Positions 42,718 to 52,300 of a stretch of 64,000 nucleotides of DNA are shown one piece after another. Every line of letters begins with the position of its first letter. The stretch's first letter is position 1. The stretch lies in NCBI GenBank assembly GCA_037190965.1, contig JBBCKI010000048.1, positions 1-64,000 on the forward strand, given 5' to 3'. A model generated the notes under the pieces. It saw nothing but the letters and a program-made list of their open reading frames with translations, did not search any database and was not told where the DNA came from. The position numbers were made by a program, and so were the translations under genes. This DNA comes from Chthoniobacteraceae bacterium. Its GTDB lineage: Bacteria; Verrucomicrobiota; Verrucomicrobiia; Chthoniobacterales; Chthoniobacteraceae.

Positions 42718-43088
42718 TCCTTGGCCCTCCTTTTGTGTACCCGGATCATCCGTTCGATCTCGGAAAGCTCCGCTTCGCTAACATCGCCCGATTCCAAAAG
42801 CTGCATGAACACCGCCGAAGGCTTGCCGCCAAACACCTTCTGAACCATCTCTCCAAGATACTGCCCAAGGACGCTTTGCTTTGGATTGGCCGGTCTCCAA
42901 CGATCCGTCAGCCCTTCCCTCTTTCGTTTGACCAGCCCCTTTCGATCCATGATTTGAAGGATCGAAAGAATGCTGGTGTAAGCCCGTTCCTTCTGATCGG
43001 GCATATTCTCCAACACCTCCCTTGCCGTCGACGGACCACGCTCCCACAAGACCACAAGAATCTGCATCTCAAGTTCAGACGGCTTCAT
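42714..43088 (-). CDS. BlaI/MecI/CopY family repressor
   Basis: PSELEMQILVVLWERGPSTAREV, AYTSILSILQIMDRKGLV, FGG; 4-nt overlap with the M56 gene. Confidence 0.93.
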   Translation of the reverse strand: MKPSELEMQILVVLWERGPSTAREVLENMPDQKERAYTSILSILQIMDRKGLVKRKREGLTDRWRPANPKQSVLGQYLGEMVQKVFGGKPSAVFMQLLESGDVSEAELSEIERMIRVHKRRAKE

Positions 43089-43130
43089 ACTAATAACTCA
43101 GTAGGTACTGAATTATTAGTAGGATGTCAA
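43088..43130 (-). promoter_or_regulatory. BlaI-type double operator overlapping the promoter
   Basis: TACTAATAACTCAGTA-GG-TACTGAATTATTAGTA (two TACT-N8-AGTA boxes in one large palindrome); TTGACA on the minus strand at 43125-43130. Confidence 0.8.
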
Positions 43131-43209
43131 CCGTGCCGTTTCAGCAGGCCGCTCATTCGGAGGCGAAAAGATGGCAGGCAGCTTGAGGGAAGGGCGCGCG
43201 CCAAACGCC

Positions 43210-43308
43210 AAAGCGGCGGGGGCGCCGCACTCCAAGGCGCTCTCGCGCCTGCATGGCGCACGACGGAACGCGGCAGCGTCTTGGAGTGCTGCGGTTTTCC
43301 GCAGCTTT
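43210..43308. repeat. REP doublet family B (TTGGAGTGCGG-type), copy 1
   Basis: AAAGCGGCG..CGCCGCACTCCAAG / CTTGGAGTGC..GCTTT; 99 bp, matching 63028-63126. Confidence 0.75.
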
Positions 43309-43422
43309 CGTGCGCAGGCCCCCCCTTCGAACTCAGTGGAAAACTCCAGGCGGACTCACCCCGTGAGTCCCTTCACCCAATCCAGTCTCGCCTGCATCCA
43401 CGGGAAATCACCGTATCTCGTT

Positions 43423-45729
43423 TCATCCCCGCCGCCTCTTTTTCATCCCGGCACGATCTTCTCTCCTGCCCTTGAAACCTTTCGCCCCTTTTAGCTCTCC
43501 ACCCGCTTTCGGCGTTCTCACTCCACGTCCCTCTTTCTCCGGCGCAGGCTTGAAGTCGATCTGCTGTTTATAGACATCAACCTTGAGCACCGCCACACGG
43601 AGGCGTTCCCCAACGGCGTAAACCTTGTGCGTCTTCCGCCCGACAAAACGGAAGCGGACAGGATCGAACATATAGAAGTCACCCGAGAGCGCGGAGACAT
43701 GCACCAGCCCGGAGATCAGATACTCCGGCAATTCGATCACTAACCCATAGTTGCGAACATCGAGAATCACCGCTTCAAACTCGTCCTGCCGCGCGGCGGC
43801 GAGGGAGAAATATTCGATCTTCTTGAGCTTCACCGATTCGCGCTCGGCCTCTTCCGCCGTTCTCTCCGTCTGCGAAATATGCGCGGTTACCGAAGGGAGA
43901 TCCGCCGCCGCGATCCGCTGACGCGCTTCGCCGATATGGCCCACCACCCGGTGCACGACGAGATCCGCATACCGTCGGATCGGGCTGGTGAAATGAGTAT
44001 AGTTAACCTTCGACAACCCAAAGTGGCCCAGCGGCTCGACGCCGTACGCCGCTCGCTTGAGGCTCTTTAGAAATGCGATCTTCAACGCGTACTCTTCGGG
44101 CTGGCCCTTGATCGCTTCCAGTAGCCGCGCCAACTCGGCGCGCTGTTTGAGATCGCCGACCTTATAGTCGTAGTTCCTCACCAGCTCGCGAAATTCCGCC
44201 AACTTCTCCTCCGCCGGGTCCTCATGGACGCGGTAGACCGAAGGGTAGTTGCGCGACCGCGTTTCCTTGGCCACCGCTTCATTGGCAACGAGCATGAACT
44301 CCTCGATGAGCTGGTGCGAGATATCGTTCTCAATCTTCTCCAGCTTGACCGGGGTTCCCTGTTCGTTGAGCCAGACTTTGACCTCCGGGAAGTCGAGATC
44401 AAGCGACCCGGATTGAAAGCGGTTCTTCCGCAGGATCGACGCCAATTCCCACGCGAGCTTGATATTCTCCACCACGGCGGTCGGAATGACCTCCGTGCGA
44501 TCCGGCACCGTCGCGGGCAGCGGCTCGGGCGTTTTGCCGGTGAGAATCGCGTAGGCCTGTTTGTATGTCAGCCGCGCGACGCTCCGGATCACGCTCTTGG
44601 AGAACCTTGCCTTCTTCATCTTGCCATTGCGGCTGAACTCAATGAAGGCGGAGCGGGTCAGGCGATCCACAGTCGGCTTTAATGAACAGATGCCGTTGCT
44701 CAGCCGCTCGGGAAGCATCGGGATCACGCGGTCCGCGAGGTAGACGCTATTACCACGCTGGAACGCTTCCTTGTCGAGCGCTGTCCCCGGCTGAACATAG
44801 TGAGAAACGTCGGCGATATGCACACCGACCCGCCATCCATCGCTAGTCTTTTCCACCTGGATCGCGTCGTCGAAATCGCGCGCGTCATCGGGGTCGATCG
44901 TATAGATCAATTCCCCGCGCAGATCTTCACGCCGCGCGATCTCATGAGGCGGCACCGCCTCCGAAACCCCGTGCGCCTCCTTCACCACCTCGGAGGGAAA
45001 CTCGACGGGGAGATGGTGCTTGCGGACGATGGATAGCATATCCACGCCGGGAGCCGAAGCCGGCCCGAGGACTTCGATAATCGCGCCTTCGGGATTGATG
45101 TGGCGCGAGGTCCATTCATCGAGCCGAACCACTACTTTGTCTCCCACGCGCGGCGGTGCAGGCAGCGGCGACTCACCGGGATGCACATAGACATCGTGGA
45201 TGAACCGGGGATCGTCGGGGATGACGTAATGGAATTTCTTTGTCGTCTGGAGCGTGCCGACGATGGTGTCGGTGGCACGCTTGAGAATGCGAATGACACG
45301 CCCCTCCCGCCGCTCTCCGGGCGCAGGACGGCGGCGGCCCCGCAAGGTTTCGACACCTTCCATCCCTTCATGAATAATGCGGGCGACCACGGTGTCATTG
45401 GGCATCGCCGTCCAGGTGTTCTCTCCGGCGATATAGAGATCGGGCTGCCCCTTGCGTTCACTCAAGAGATGCGCGTTGCCGTTGGCGTGAATCTGGATCA
45501 CCCCTGTGACCAGCTGCGCCTCTTCGGGAAGCACATAGCGATCTTTGCGAACGCGGGCGATCTCGCCGCGTTGTTCGAGTTCCTTGAGAATGCCGCGAAG
45601 AAGGCTCCGGTCGTCCAAACCTAGCTTGAGCTTCTTGCTGATCTCGACTTTATCGAGCGGTTGGTAACGCGGTGAACGCATCAGCGCAAGAATGCGTTGA
45701 GCAATGATGGTGCTGGCGGGGGTGCTCAT
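43423..45729 (-). CDS. rnr: Ribonuclease R
   Basis: TIDPDDARDFDDA, HIADVS, YTHFTSPIRRYADL, C-terminal S1 domain and basic tail. Confidence 0.96.
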   Translation of the reverse strand: MSTPASTIIAQRILALMRSPRYQPLDKVEISKKLKLGLDDRSLLRGILKELEQRGEIARVRKDRYVLPEEAQLVTGVIQIHANGNAHLLSERKGQPDLYIAGENTWTAMPNDTVVARIIHEGMEGVETLRGRRRPAPGERREGRVIRILKRATDTIVGTLQTTKKFHYVIPDDPRFIHDVYVHPGESPLPAPPRVGDKVVVRLDEWTSRHINPEGAIIEVLGPASAPGVDMLSIVRKHHLPVEFPSEVVKEAHGVSEAVPPHEIARREDLRGELIYTIDPDDARDFDDAIQVEKTSDGWRVGVHIADVSHYVQPGTALDKEAFQRGNSVYLADRVIPMLPERLSNGICSLKPTVDRLTRSAFIEFSRNGKMKKARFSKSVIRSVARLTYKQAYAILTGKTPEPLPATVPDRTEVIPTAVVENIKLAWELASILRKNRFQSGSLDLDFPEVKVWLNEQGTPVKLEKIENDISHQLIEEFMLVANEAVAKETRSRNYPSVYRVHEDPAEEKLAEFRELVRNYDYKVGDLKQRAELARLLEAIKGQPEEYALKIAFLKSLKRAAYGVEPLGHFGLSKVNYTHFTSPIRRYADLVVHRVVGHIGEARQRIAAADLPSVTAHISQTERTAEEAERESVKLKKIEYFSLAAARQDEFEAVILDVRNYGLVIELPEYLISGLVHVSALSGDFYMFDPVRFRFVGRKTHKVYAVGERLRVAVLKVDVYKQQIDFKPAPEKEGRGVRTPKAGGELKGAKGFKGRREDRAGMKKRRRG

Positions 45730-45882
45730 AGAGGTTCAGCGGGAAAAAGTGTTTTGGAATTACGAAGCCCAACCCAAAAGCTGCTTTGGACTTGCGCATC
45801 GCCTCCCTTGCAGAATGTACCACCCCAACTCGAAAGTTGGAAGCGGCATTGCACAGGGCAGACGCATCGGGTGCAGCGGCAA

Positions 45883-46027
45883 GGTAGTCCGCTCTCGCCG
45901 AGAGCGCGGGATCGATTGACGAGTCGCGTTTGGCGTCCATCCCCGCAGGACGGGCTGCTGCTTGTCGGGGCGGTCCCATGAAGCCACGGGAGCCAAACCC
46001 CGCGCTCGGCGGCGCGAGCGGGCTACC
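45883..46027. repeat. REPIN/MITE-like element family A, reverse orientation
   Basis: GGTAG..CTACC inverted arms, 145 bp, internal motif on the minus strand. Confidence 0.85.
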
Positions 46028-46070
46028 GGTGCTGCCGCACCCCTCTGATTTGCGCGCTACGCCAGTCTCG

Positions 46071-48707
46071 CTACTTCCCGTCCTTCGACTCGGGCCGTAC
46101 CACGGCCAGGATGGAAGGCGTGTCCGCAAAGTATTTTTGCGCGACCGCCTTCACTTCCTTCAGCGTGATCGCCTCGATCCGCGTCCGCAGGCGTCGGTAG
46201 TCATCGAAGCCCAGCCCGTAAAGCTCATCAAGGGCGCAAGCGTGCGCAAAGGCATCGTTGCTTTGATTGCGAATTTCCTGCTGCCCGAGCAGCTTTTCTT
46301 TCGCGCGGCGAAGCTCGTCCACCGTCAGCCCTTCCTTGGCCAGCTGGCTGATCTCATCGAGGAACTCGGCCTTGACCGCTTCCACCTTCGCGGGCGCGGT
46401 GCCCAAATAGAAAACAAACGGCCCGGGAACCAACCCCGCCAACTGGCTCGTGCCGACAAAATAGGCCAACCCCAGTTTTTCGCGGATGCGGATGAAGAAG
46501 CGCGAACCGAGATCACTGCTCGCTTCGTCGATCAACTCGAGGGCAAGACGATCCGGGCTATAAAGATCGGTGCCCCGATAGCCGATCATCACAATCGCCT
46601 GCGCCTTGTCTTTGAATTCCTCGACACTTTTCGCCTCGGTAAGCGGCGCCGGTTGCGGCAACTTCGCGAGCGCGGGCTCTCCCTTGGGGAGATTACCAAG
46701 GGCCTTCTCCACCAGCGCCTTGACCTCGGCGGCCTTCACATCGCCGAAGACAGCGATGACCCCATTGCTTCCCGCGACATATTGCTGATGAAAAGCGGCG
46801 AGTTGATCGCGGTCCAGCGCCTTGACGCTTTCCACCGATCCATTGCCGCGCAAGCCATAGGGATGCCCCGGGTAGAGATTGCGCCTCAGGAGGTTACGCG
46901 CCATCGTCGTCATCTCCTCCTCCTCGGCCTTGATGGAGGCAAGCTGCGCTTCCTTCTCGCGGGCAATCGCCTTTTCCGGGAACGCCGGATTGCGAAGCAC
47001 ATCCGCCAGAATCTCCAGCCCGGTGGCCAGATCGGGCTCCATGACCTTCACCGAAATGTTGAACGAGTTGTTCCCCGCCTCCGCGCCGATCCCGCCGCCG
47101 AGCGATTCGATTTCCTCGGCGATCTGTTCAGCGCTACGGGTTTTCGTCCCCTTGAGGAGCGTCCTCGAAAAAAGCTTGGTGATGCCGTTGGATTCCGTGT
47201 TCTCCACCAGCAGCCCGGCCTTGAAGGTCGCTACCATGGAAACGAGCGGCAACCGGGCATCTTCGCGAACGAGAAGCCGGAGGCCGTTGGAAAGCGTGAA
47301 CTTCTGGATCTCCCCCGCCGCCAGCGGTGCCGCTTCCTGGGCCGCCGCCGCCAGCGAACCGACCGGGTTCAAGGAGGAGACCGTCAGGTTGCGATCTTCA
47401 AAGTAAGTCTGCAAAACGCGGGTGATATCGGCCACCGTCACTTTCTGCACCGCTTCAAGATAATCGCGGGTGAAGTCGAGGTTACGGATCAGCATCCAGT
47501 TCGTCCCGAGATCGGACGCCTTGCCGCGCGTGGTGGCGAGGCCGCTGAGATGTCCGGCGAGAGTCTGCTTCTTCGCCTTGGCGAGTTCCTCCGGCGTGAT
47601 GCCGTCGCGTTTCAACTCTTCCAGGATCGCCAGCACCCCTTTTTGGACGGTCTCCCGTTTATCGGGGTCAAGGGTCGCATCGACGCCGAAAAGCCCAGGC
47701 TGCCCCGGGGTATAACACCAGGCGTGAATGGCATGGGCGGAGCCCTCCTCTTCACGCAGCTTGCGATAAAGGCGGCTGGAGCGCCCGCCCCCCAGCACGA
47801 GCGCGAGAAGATCCAGCGCGGGCACGTCGGGATGGGTGACCTCCGGGATGTGCCACGCCATGTCGAGCCGGGTCAGCTCCGTCGGAAACTCCCGATGCTC
47901 TTCGCGGCGGCCGAGTTGCATCGGCTCCTGCGGAATATAAACCGGAGCAATGGCCTGCCGGGGATATTTCTCGAAATAGGTCGCGATCTGTTTGTAGACC
48001 TCCTCGGCGTTGACATCGCCGACCACGACAAAAAAGAGGTTATTCGGCACGTACCGGGCCTTGTAATAGGCCATCACATCGTCGCGCGTCAGCGTGTTGT
48101 AGACGTCCAGATGCCCGATGACCGGATAACGGTAAGGGTGCTCGCGGTACGCGGTGGCAAAAAGTTTGCGCGAGCTCACCCGGTCCGGGTCATCCTCGCC
48201 CATGGCGAACTCGCGACGGATCACCTCCTGCTCCTTGACGTATTCTTCCGCCGGGAGCGTGGAGTTCATCATCGCGTCGGCAAGAATATCGATCGCCGTC
48301 GCGGTGCCCTTGGAGGGGAGATCGATCCAGTAGACCGTCCGCTCAAACGAGGTATAGGCGTTGATGTAACCGCCGAGATCCTGCACCGACTGCGCGATCT
48401 CGTTCGGTTGGCGCGTGGTCGTCCCCTTAAAGAGCATGTGCTCCAAAATATGGGAGAGCCCCGCGCCGAGCTGTTTATCCTCGGTGATCGACCCCGTCTC
48501 GCACCACGCCTGCACGCTGGCTACCGGCGCGGAGTGATCTTCCTGCACGATCACCACAAGCCCATTGGGCAACGTCCATTGCCGCGCGGTCGTGGCGGGG
48601 AAAATGCCGGAGGCGGCAGCGGAAAGTTCAGGCTTGGCTTTTTGAGCTTCGGATAAAGTCGGCATGAGGAAAAAAACGGTCGCGAGCGCCGCAGAGATGC
48701 CTTTCAT
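46071..48707 (-). CDS. M16 (pitrilysin/insulinase) family zinc peptidase, fused two-half form
   Basis: HILEHMLFKGT (HxxEH), NAYTS, second LSNGLRL half lacking the motif. Confidence 0.93.
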   Translation of the reverse strand: MKGISAALATVFFLMPTLSEAQKAKPELSAAASGIFPATTARQWTLPNGLVVIVQEDHSAPVASVQAWCETGSITEDKQLGAGLSHILEHMLFKGTTTRQPNEIAQSVQDLGGYINAYTSFERTVYWIDLPSKGTATAIDILADAMMNSTLPAEEYVKEQEVIRREFAMGEDDPDRVSSRKLFATAYREHPYRYPVIGHLDVYNTLTRDDVMAYYKARYVPNNLFFVVVGDVNAEEVYKQIATYFEKYPRQAIAPVYIPQEPMQLGRREEHREFPTELTRLDMAWHIPEVTHPDVPALDLLALVLGGGRSSRLYRKLREEEGSAHAIHAWCYTPGQPGLFGVDATLDPDKRETVQKGVLAILEELKRDGITPEELAKAKKQTLAGHLSGLATTRGKASDLGTNWMLIRNLDFTRDYLEAVQKVTVADITRVLQTYFEDRNLTVSSLNPVGSLAAAAQEAAPLAAGEIQKFTLSNGLRLLVREDARLPLVSMVATFKAGLLVENTESNGITKLFSRTLLKGTKTRSAEQIAEEIESLGGGIGAEAGNNSFNISVKVMEPDLATGLEILADVLRNPAFPEKAIAREKEAQLASIKAEEEEMTTMARNLLRRNLYPGHPYGLRGNGSVESVKALDRDQLAAFHQQYVAGSNGVIAVFGDVKAAEVKALVEKALGNLPKGEPALAKLPQPAPLTEAKSVEEFKDKAQAIVMIGYRGTDLYSPDRLALELIDEASSDLGSRFFIRIREKLGLAYFVGTSQLAGLVPGPFVFYLGTAPAKVEAVKAEFLDEISQLAKEGLTVDELRRAKEKLLGQQEIRNQSNDAFAHACALDELYGLGFDDYRRLRTRIEAITLKEVKAVAQKYFADTPSILAVVRPESKDGK

Positions 48708-48734
48708 AAGGCAAAAAACAGAAAAACCTACGTC

Positions 48735-49208
48735 CTACCCTTCTTTGCCGTCGCTCTTGGCGGCGACGCTCTTGCGCTTGGGCGCACGGGTGGGGAGCGA
48801 AGCAGGGACCACGGCCAACACCGGCTTTTCAGGCAGGTAAGGCTTCACGAAGGCTTCGTGGAAATCGTAGCAGTTCTTGAAATCCTCGATGCTGTCGGTC
48901 TCCGTTTTACCAAAGATCCCCGCGTTGATGAGGTTGAAAACCATATGCCCGACATCGGTGCATTCCTTGACGCCCCAGGTATCGAAGACCGTGGGCACCA
49001 TCGGGCCGAACTCCTGAATCGCAAACTGGCGCACTCCTTCGAGCAATTCCGGCCCCGTGACATGCCGGGAGAGATCGGACTTCTGTTTCTTCCGACTTTT
49101 GATGGTGAAATCGAGAGCGTCCCGCAGGAAGAGATACGCCTCTTTATCGAAGCGTCTGTCTTCGGCGACAATCTGATCCAAGGCTTCCGCGAAACCGATT
49201 TTCTGCAT
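48735..49208 (-). CDS. PVC-restricted conserved protein (Minf_1886-like)
   Basis: AYLFLRDALDFT, HVTGPELLEG, EFGPM, WGV..DVGHMVFNL, KTETDSIEDF. Confidence 0.8.
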   Translation of the reverse strand: MQKIGFAEALDQIVAEDRRFDKEAYLFLRDALDFTIKSRKKQKSDLSRHVTGPELLEGVRQFAIQEFGPMVPTVFDTWGVKECTDVGHMVFNLINAGIFGKTETDSIEDFKNCYDFHEAFVKPYLPEKPVLAVVPASLPTRAPKRKSVAAKSDGKEG

Positions 49209-49221
49209 AATAATTTGGATT

Positions 49222-49395
49222 TCAACGCGTTCCGTCACCCGAGGCGTGCTTCCGCACCTCTCCCGCCGCCCCCACCTTCCGTGAGAGCCCAGGGCCCTCC
49301 CCTGGATGCCGGAACCAGCGCACTGTTATTCCGATCGTAATCGAAATCAACACTGCGCCCACGAGAATCGCCTCGCGATGGGTCAACCGAAACAT
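49222..49395 (-). CDS. Putative 57-aa single-TM protein (not in ORF track)
   Basis: MFRLTHREAILVGAVLISITIGITVRWFRHP..; stops 13 nt before the Minf_1886-like ATG. Confidence 0.5.
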   Translation of the reverse strand: MFRLTHREAILVGAVLISITIGITVRWFRHPGEGPGLSRKVGAAGEVRKHASGDGTR

Positions 49396-49737
49396 GCTGA
49401 AACCCCGGGAGCCTACGCGGAGGGAAGAGGAGCGTCAACTCTCCCGGAAGCCCCGGAGTTTGCGGGGCTCCCTTAATTCCTCTCGCCTCCCTAGGCCCTT
49501 CCCCTCTTCAGAGAGGCGCAATCTCCATTGCCGCTCCGAATCCCGTAGAAGAAAAAATGAAATCCTCTCATTGACAACCGGCGATCACCCCCTAGGATTC
49601 CCCTTCGCGCTGGCCCAGTATTTACAGCAGCCGCGTCTGAAGAAATTCGAGAGCCACCACTCGAGGATCTGAAAAAAAATTAAAAAATTTAGCCCGACTT
49701 AACCGTCTTTTAGACCAGGACCGAAAAGGAGAAAACC

Positions 49738-49932
49738 ATGCCAGAAGTTGTCGTTCGCAAAGGGGAACCCATCGACCGCGCATTGAAGCGTTTGAAGAAC
49801 AAGCTCGATTCCGAAGGGGTGATGGAAGAAGTTCGCCGTCTGCGCGCCTTCGAAACCCCGACGCAAAAGACCAAGCGCAAAGCCAAAGCCAACGCCAAGC
49901 GCATGAAGATGAAGTTCCGCTTCAGCTCCTAG
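49738..49932 (+). CDS. rpsU: 30S ribosomal protein S21
   Basis: MPEVVVRKGEPIDRALKRLK, FETP; AGGAG RBS. Confidence 0.93.
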   Translation: MPEVVVRKGEPIDRALKRLKNKLDSEGVMEEVRRLRAFETPTQKTKRKAKANAKRMKMKFRFSS

Positions 49933-49970
49933 CGTCCAAAAAATTTCGCGCATTTAGCTGCGCCCCCTAC

Positions 49971-50016
49971 AAACAGCCACTGCTTCGCGGATTCTGCGGG
50001 CAGTGGCTGTTTTTTT
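49971..50016 (+). terminator. Intrinsic terminator after rpsU
   Basis: AAACAGCCACTGCTTCGCGG..CTGCGGGCAGTGGCTGTTTTTTT. Confidence 0.85.
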
Positions 50017-50149
50017 GCAGAAATCGGATTGCGGAATGCGCGCCGGAGGCGCGGCAAAAGCTCACCCCTCGTTCCCAATCTCCAGATTGGGAACGCCCTT
50101 GTCTTCGAATCTTCGGTTCGTCCGCTTACGGGATTCCCAAGGCGTCCCC

Positions 50150-50773
50150 CTACCCCACCGCCAGATCCAACTCCGTCTGTCCCGGCTCGATCACCAGAAG
50201 CGGTGGCCGTCCCAGGAGGTTTGAGAGCATTTCTCTGTTCGTCGCCCCAGCGACATCCCCTGCGGGCTCCGTTTCGTTGAAAATGAACCCGGCAAAGGGA
50301 ATCCCGCGCCGCTCGATGTCGCGCACGGTTAGGAGCGTGTGATTGATCGCGCCGAGCCTGTTTTTCACCACGACCGCCACGGGGAGGGCAAACTCCGCCG
50401 CGAGGTCGGCCACGAAAAAATCGCGCTCGATCGGCACGAGCCATCCCCCCACCCCTTCGACGATGAGCGAACGATGCCGCGCCCGGAGGGATTGGAACAC
50501 CTCCCGAATCAGGGCCAGATCGACCGGACGGTTCTCCACCATCGCGGCGGTATAGGGAGCCGCCGGGGTTCGAAACCAGACCGGGTTGATCACGTTGAGC
50601 GGCTCCTCGCCGTCGCAGGCGCGGTGCAGCACCTCCGCGTCCTCCCGGTCACCCGCGCAGATCGGCTTCATCGGCGCGGTGTCAAACCCCGCCCGGCGCA
50701 AGGCACGGACGAGAAGCGACGCGACGTGGGTTTTGCCCACGCCGGTATCGGTCCCTGTCAGGAAGAGATTCAT
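50150..50773 (-). CDS. bioD: Dethiobiotin synthase
   Basis: FLTGTDTGVGKT, VEGVGG, LGAINHTLLT. Confidence 0.95.
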   Translation of the reverse strand: MNLFLTGTDTGVGKTHVASLLVRALRRAGFDTAPMKPICAGDREDAEVLHRACDGEEPLNVINPVWFRTPAAPYTAAMVENRPVDLALIREVFQSLRARHRSLIVEGVGGWLVPIERDFFVADLAAEFALPVAVVVKNRLGAINHTLLTVRDIERRGIPFAGFIFNETEPAGDVAGATNREMLSNLLGRPPLLVIEPGQTELDLAVG

Positions 50774-52173
50774 ACGCCGATCTTTTCAAGGATCGCCCCG
50801 GCGATCCTGTCCGCGTGCGCGGAAATGTGCGTGTCGTCGCGCCCCTCGATCAGAAGCCGGATCTTCGGCTCCGTCCCCGAGTAGCGAAGCAGCACGCGAC
50901 CTGCCCCCTTGAGTGAGGCTTCCGCCTCTTTGACCAGCGCGAGTACTTCGGGAAGCTGCTCCAAGGGACGCTTCTCGCGAACTTTGAGATTCCGTTGCGC
51001 TTGCGGGTACTTCCGCAGGCACTTCTTGAGTTCGCTGAGCGGGACGCCCGTTTCGGTCATGATCCGGAGGATCTGAAGCGCGCTCACGATCCCGTCGCCG
51101 GTGGTCGAATAATCGTTGAAGATCATGTGGCCGCTCTGTTCGCCGCCGACATTGTAACCGCCGCGCATCATTTCTTCGATCACGTAACGGTCGCCAACCT
51201 TCGTGCGGATAACCCGCCCCCCGGCGCTGGAAAGCGTTTCGTCGAGGCCGAAGTTGCTCATGATCGTGGCGACCAGCGTGTTGCTGATCAGCCGCCCCTG
51301 CCGAAGCAGGTCGAGCGCGGCGATCGCCATAATCTCATCCCCGTCCACGACTTCGCCACTTTCATCGCACAACAGGACGCGATCCGCGTCGCCGTCGTGG
51401 CTGATTCCAACGCGCGCGCCGGTTTCCTTGACGAGCCGGGCGATCTCCTCGGGGTGCGTGCTGCCGCAGTTCGCGTTGATGTTACGACCGTTTGGCGCAT
51501 TGTGAGCCACGATCAGATCGGCCCCCAACTCGCGAAGAATGCACGGGCTAGATTTGTAAGCGGCTCCGTTGGCGCAATCGAGGACGACCTTCATCCCCTC
51601 GAGCGTCAATCCTCGGGGGAAGCTCGCCTTGGCGTACTCGATGTAGCGGCCCAGGGCGTCGTCGATGCGCGTGGCGCGGCCAATGTTATCGGCGGTGGGG
51701 CGGATCGACTCGATCTCGCCGCTGAAAACCAAGTTCTCGATCTTCGCCTCGATGGCATCGTCGAGCTTGTAGCCGTCATGCCGGAAAAACTTGATCCCGT
51801 TATCCTCGTAAGGATTGTGCGAGGCGCTCAGGACAATCCCCGCGTCGGCCCGCAGCGAACGGGTGATATAGGCGACCCCGGGGGTCGGCAGCGGCCCGAT
51901 TACGAGCACATCGACGCCGAGCGAGGTGATCCCCGCGACGAGCGCATTCTCCAGCATGTAGCCGGAAATCCGCGTGTCTTTGCCGATGACGATCTTGGGG
52001 CGCACGCCGTCGCGATGCGCGCGTGGCGCCAGAGTGGTGATGATGTGAGCGGCGGCACGGCCAAGCTTGAGCGCCGTTTCAGCCGTTACCGGCTCGACAT
52101 TGGCGACGCCGCGCACGCCATCGGTGCCGAAGATTTTACGGGGGAGTGAGGAAGGATTAGTGGTGGATGACAT
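50770..52173 (-). CDS. glmM: Phosphoglucosamine mutase
   Basis: FGTDGVRG, SASHNP, DGDADR, GGEQSGH, RYSGTEP. Confidence 0.97.
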   Translation of the reverse strand: MSSTTNPSSLPRKIFGTDGVRGVANVEPVTAETALKLGRAAAHIITTLAPRAHRDGVRPKIVIGKDTRISGYMLENALVAGITSLGVDVLVIGPLPTPGVAYITRSLRADAGIVLSASHNPYEDNGIKFFRHDGYKLDDAIEAKIENLVFSGEIESIRPTADNIGRATRIDDALGRYIEYAKASFPRGLTLEGMKVVLDCANGAAYKSSPCILRELGADLIVAHNAPNGRNINANCGSTHPEEIARLVKETGARVGISHDGDADRVLLCDESGEVVDGDEIMAIAALDLLRQGRLISNTLVATIMSNFGLDETLSSAGGRVIRTKVGDRYVIEEMMRGGYNVGGEQSGHMIFNDYSTTGDGIVSALQILRIMTETGVPLSELKKCLRKYPQAQRNLKVREKRPLEQLPEVLALVKEAEASLKGAGRVLLRYSGTEPKIRLLIEGRDDTHISAHADRIAGAILEKIGV

Positions 52174-52300
52174 CAGAATGGGCAGGATTATAGCTCCTCG
52201 ACGTTGTATCGATGTTCTTTTTTATGAGAAACCAGAGGGTTGTCGCGATCAGCAGCGAGACGAGCTTCGCCCCCCAATTGTTCAGAATCAGATTCTTCAT
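52157..52300 (-). CDS. Minimal CdaR-like single-TM peptide (47 aa)
   Basis: MKNLILNNWGAKLVSLLIATTLWFLIKK resembles the CdaR/YbbR N-terminal anchor; lies in the cdaR position between cdaA and glmM. Confidence 0.65.
   Translation of the reverse strand: MKNLILNNWGAKLVSLLIATTLWFLIKKNIDTTSRSYNPAHSDVIHH

Noticed and set aside
45930..48656. 908-aa + strand ORF
   Set aside because: Antisense shadow of the M16 peptidase, starting inside a REPIN
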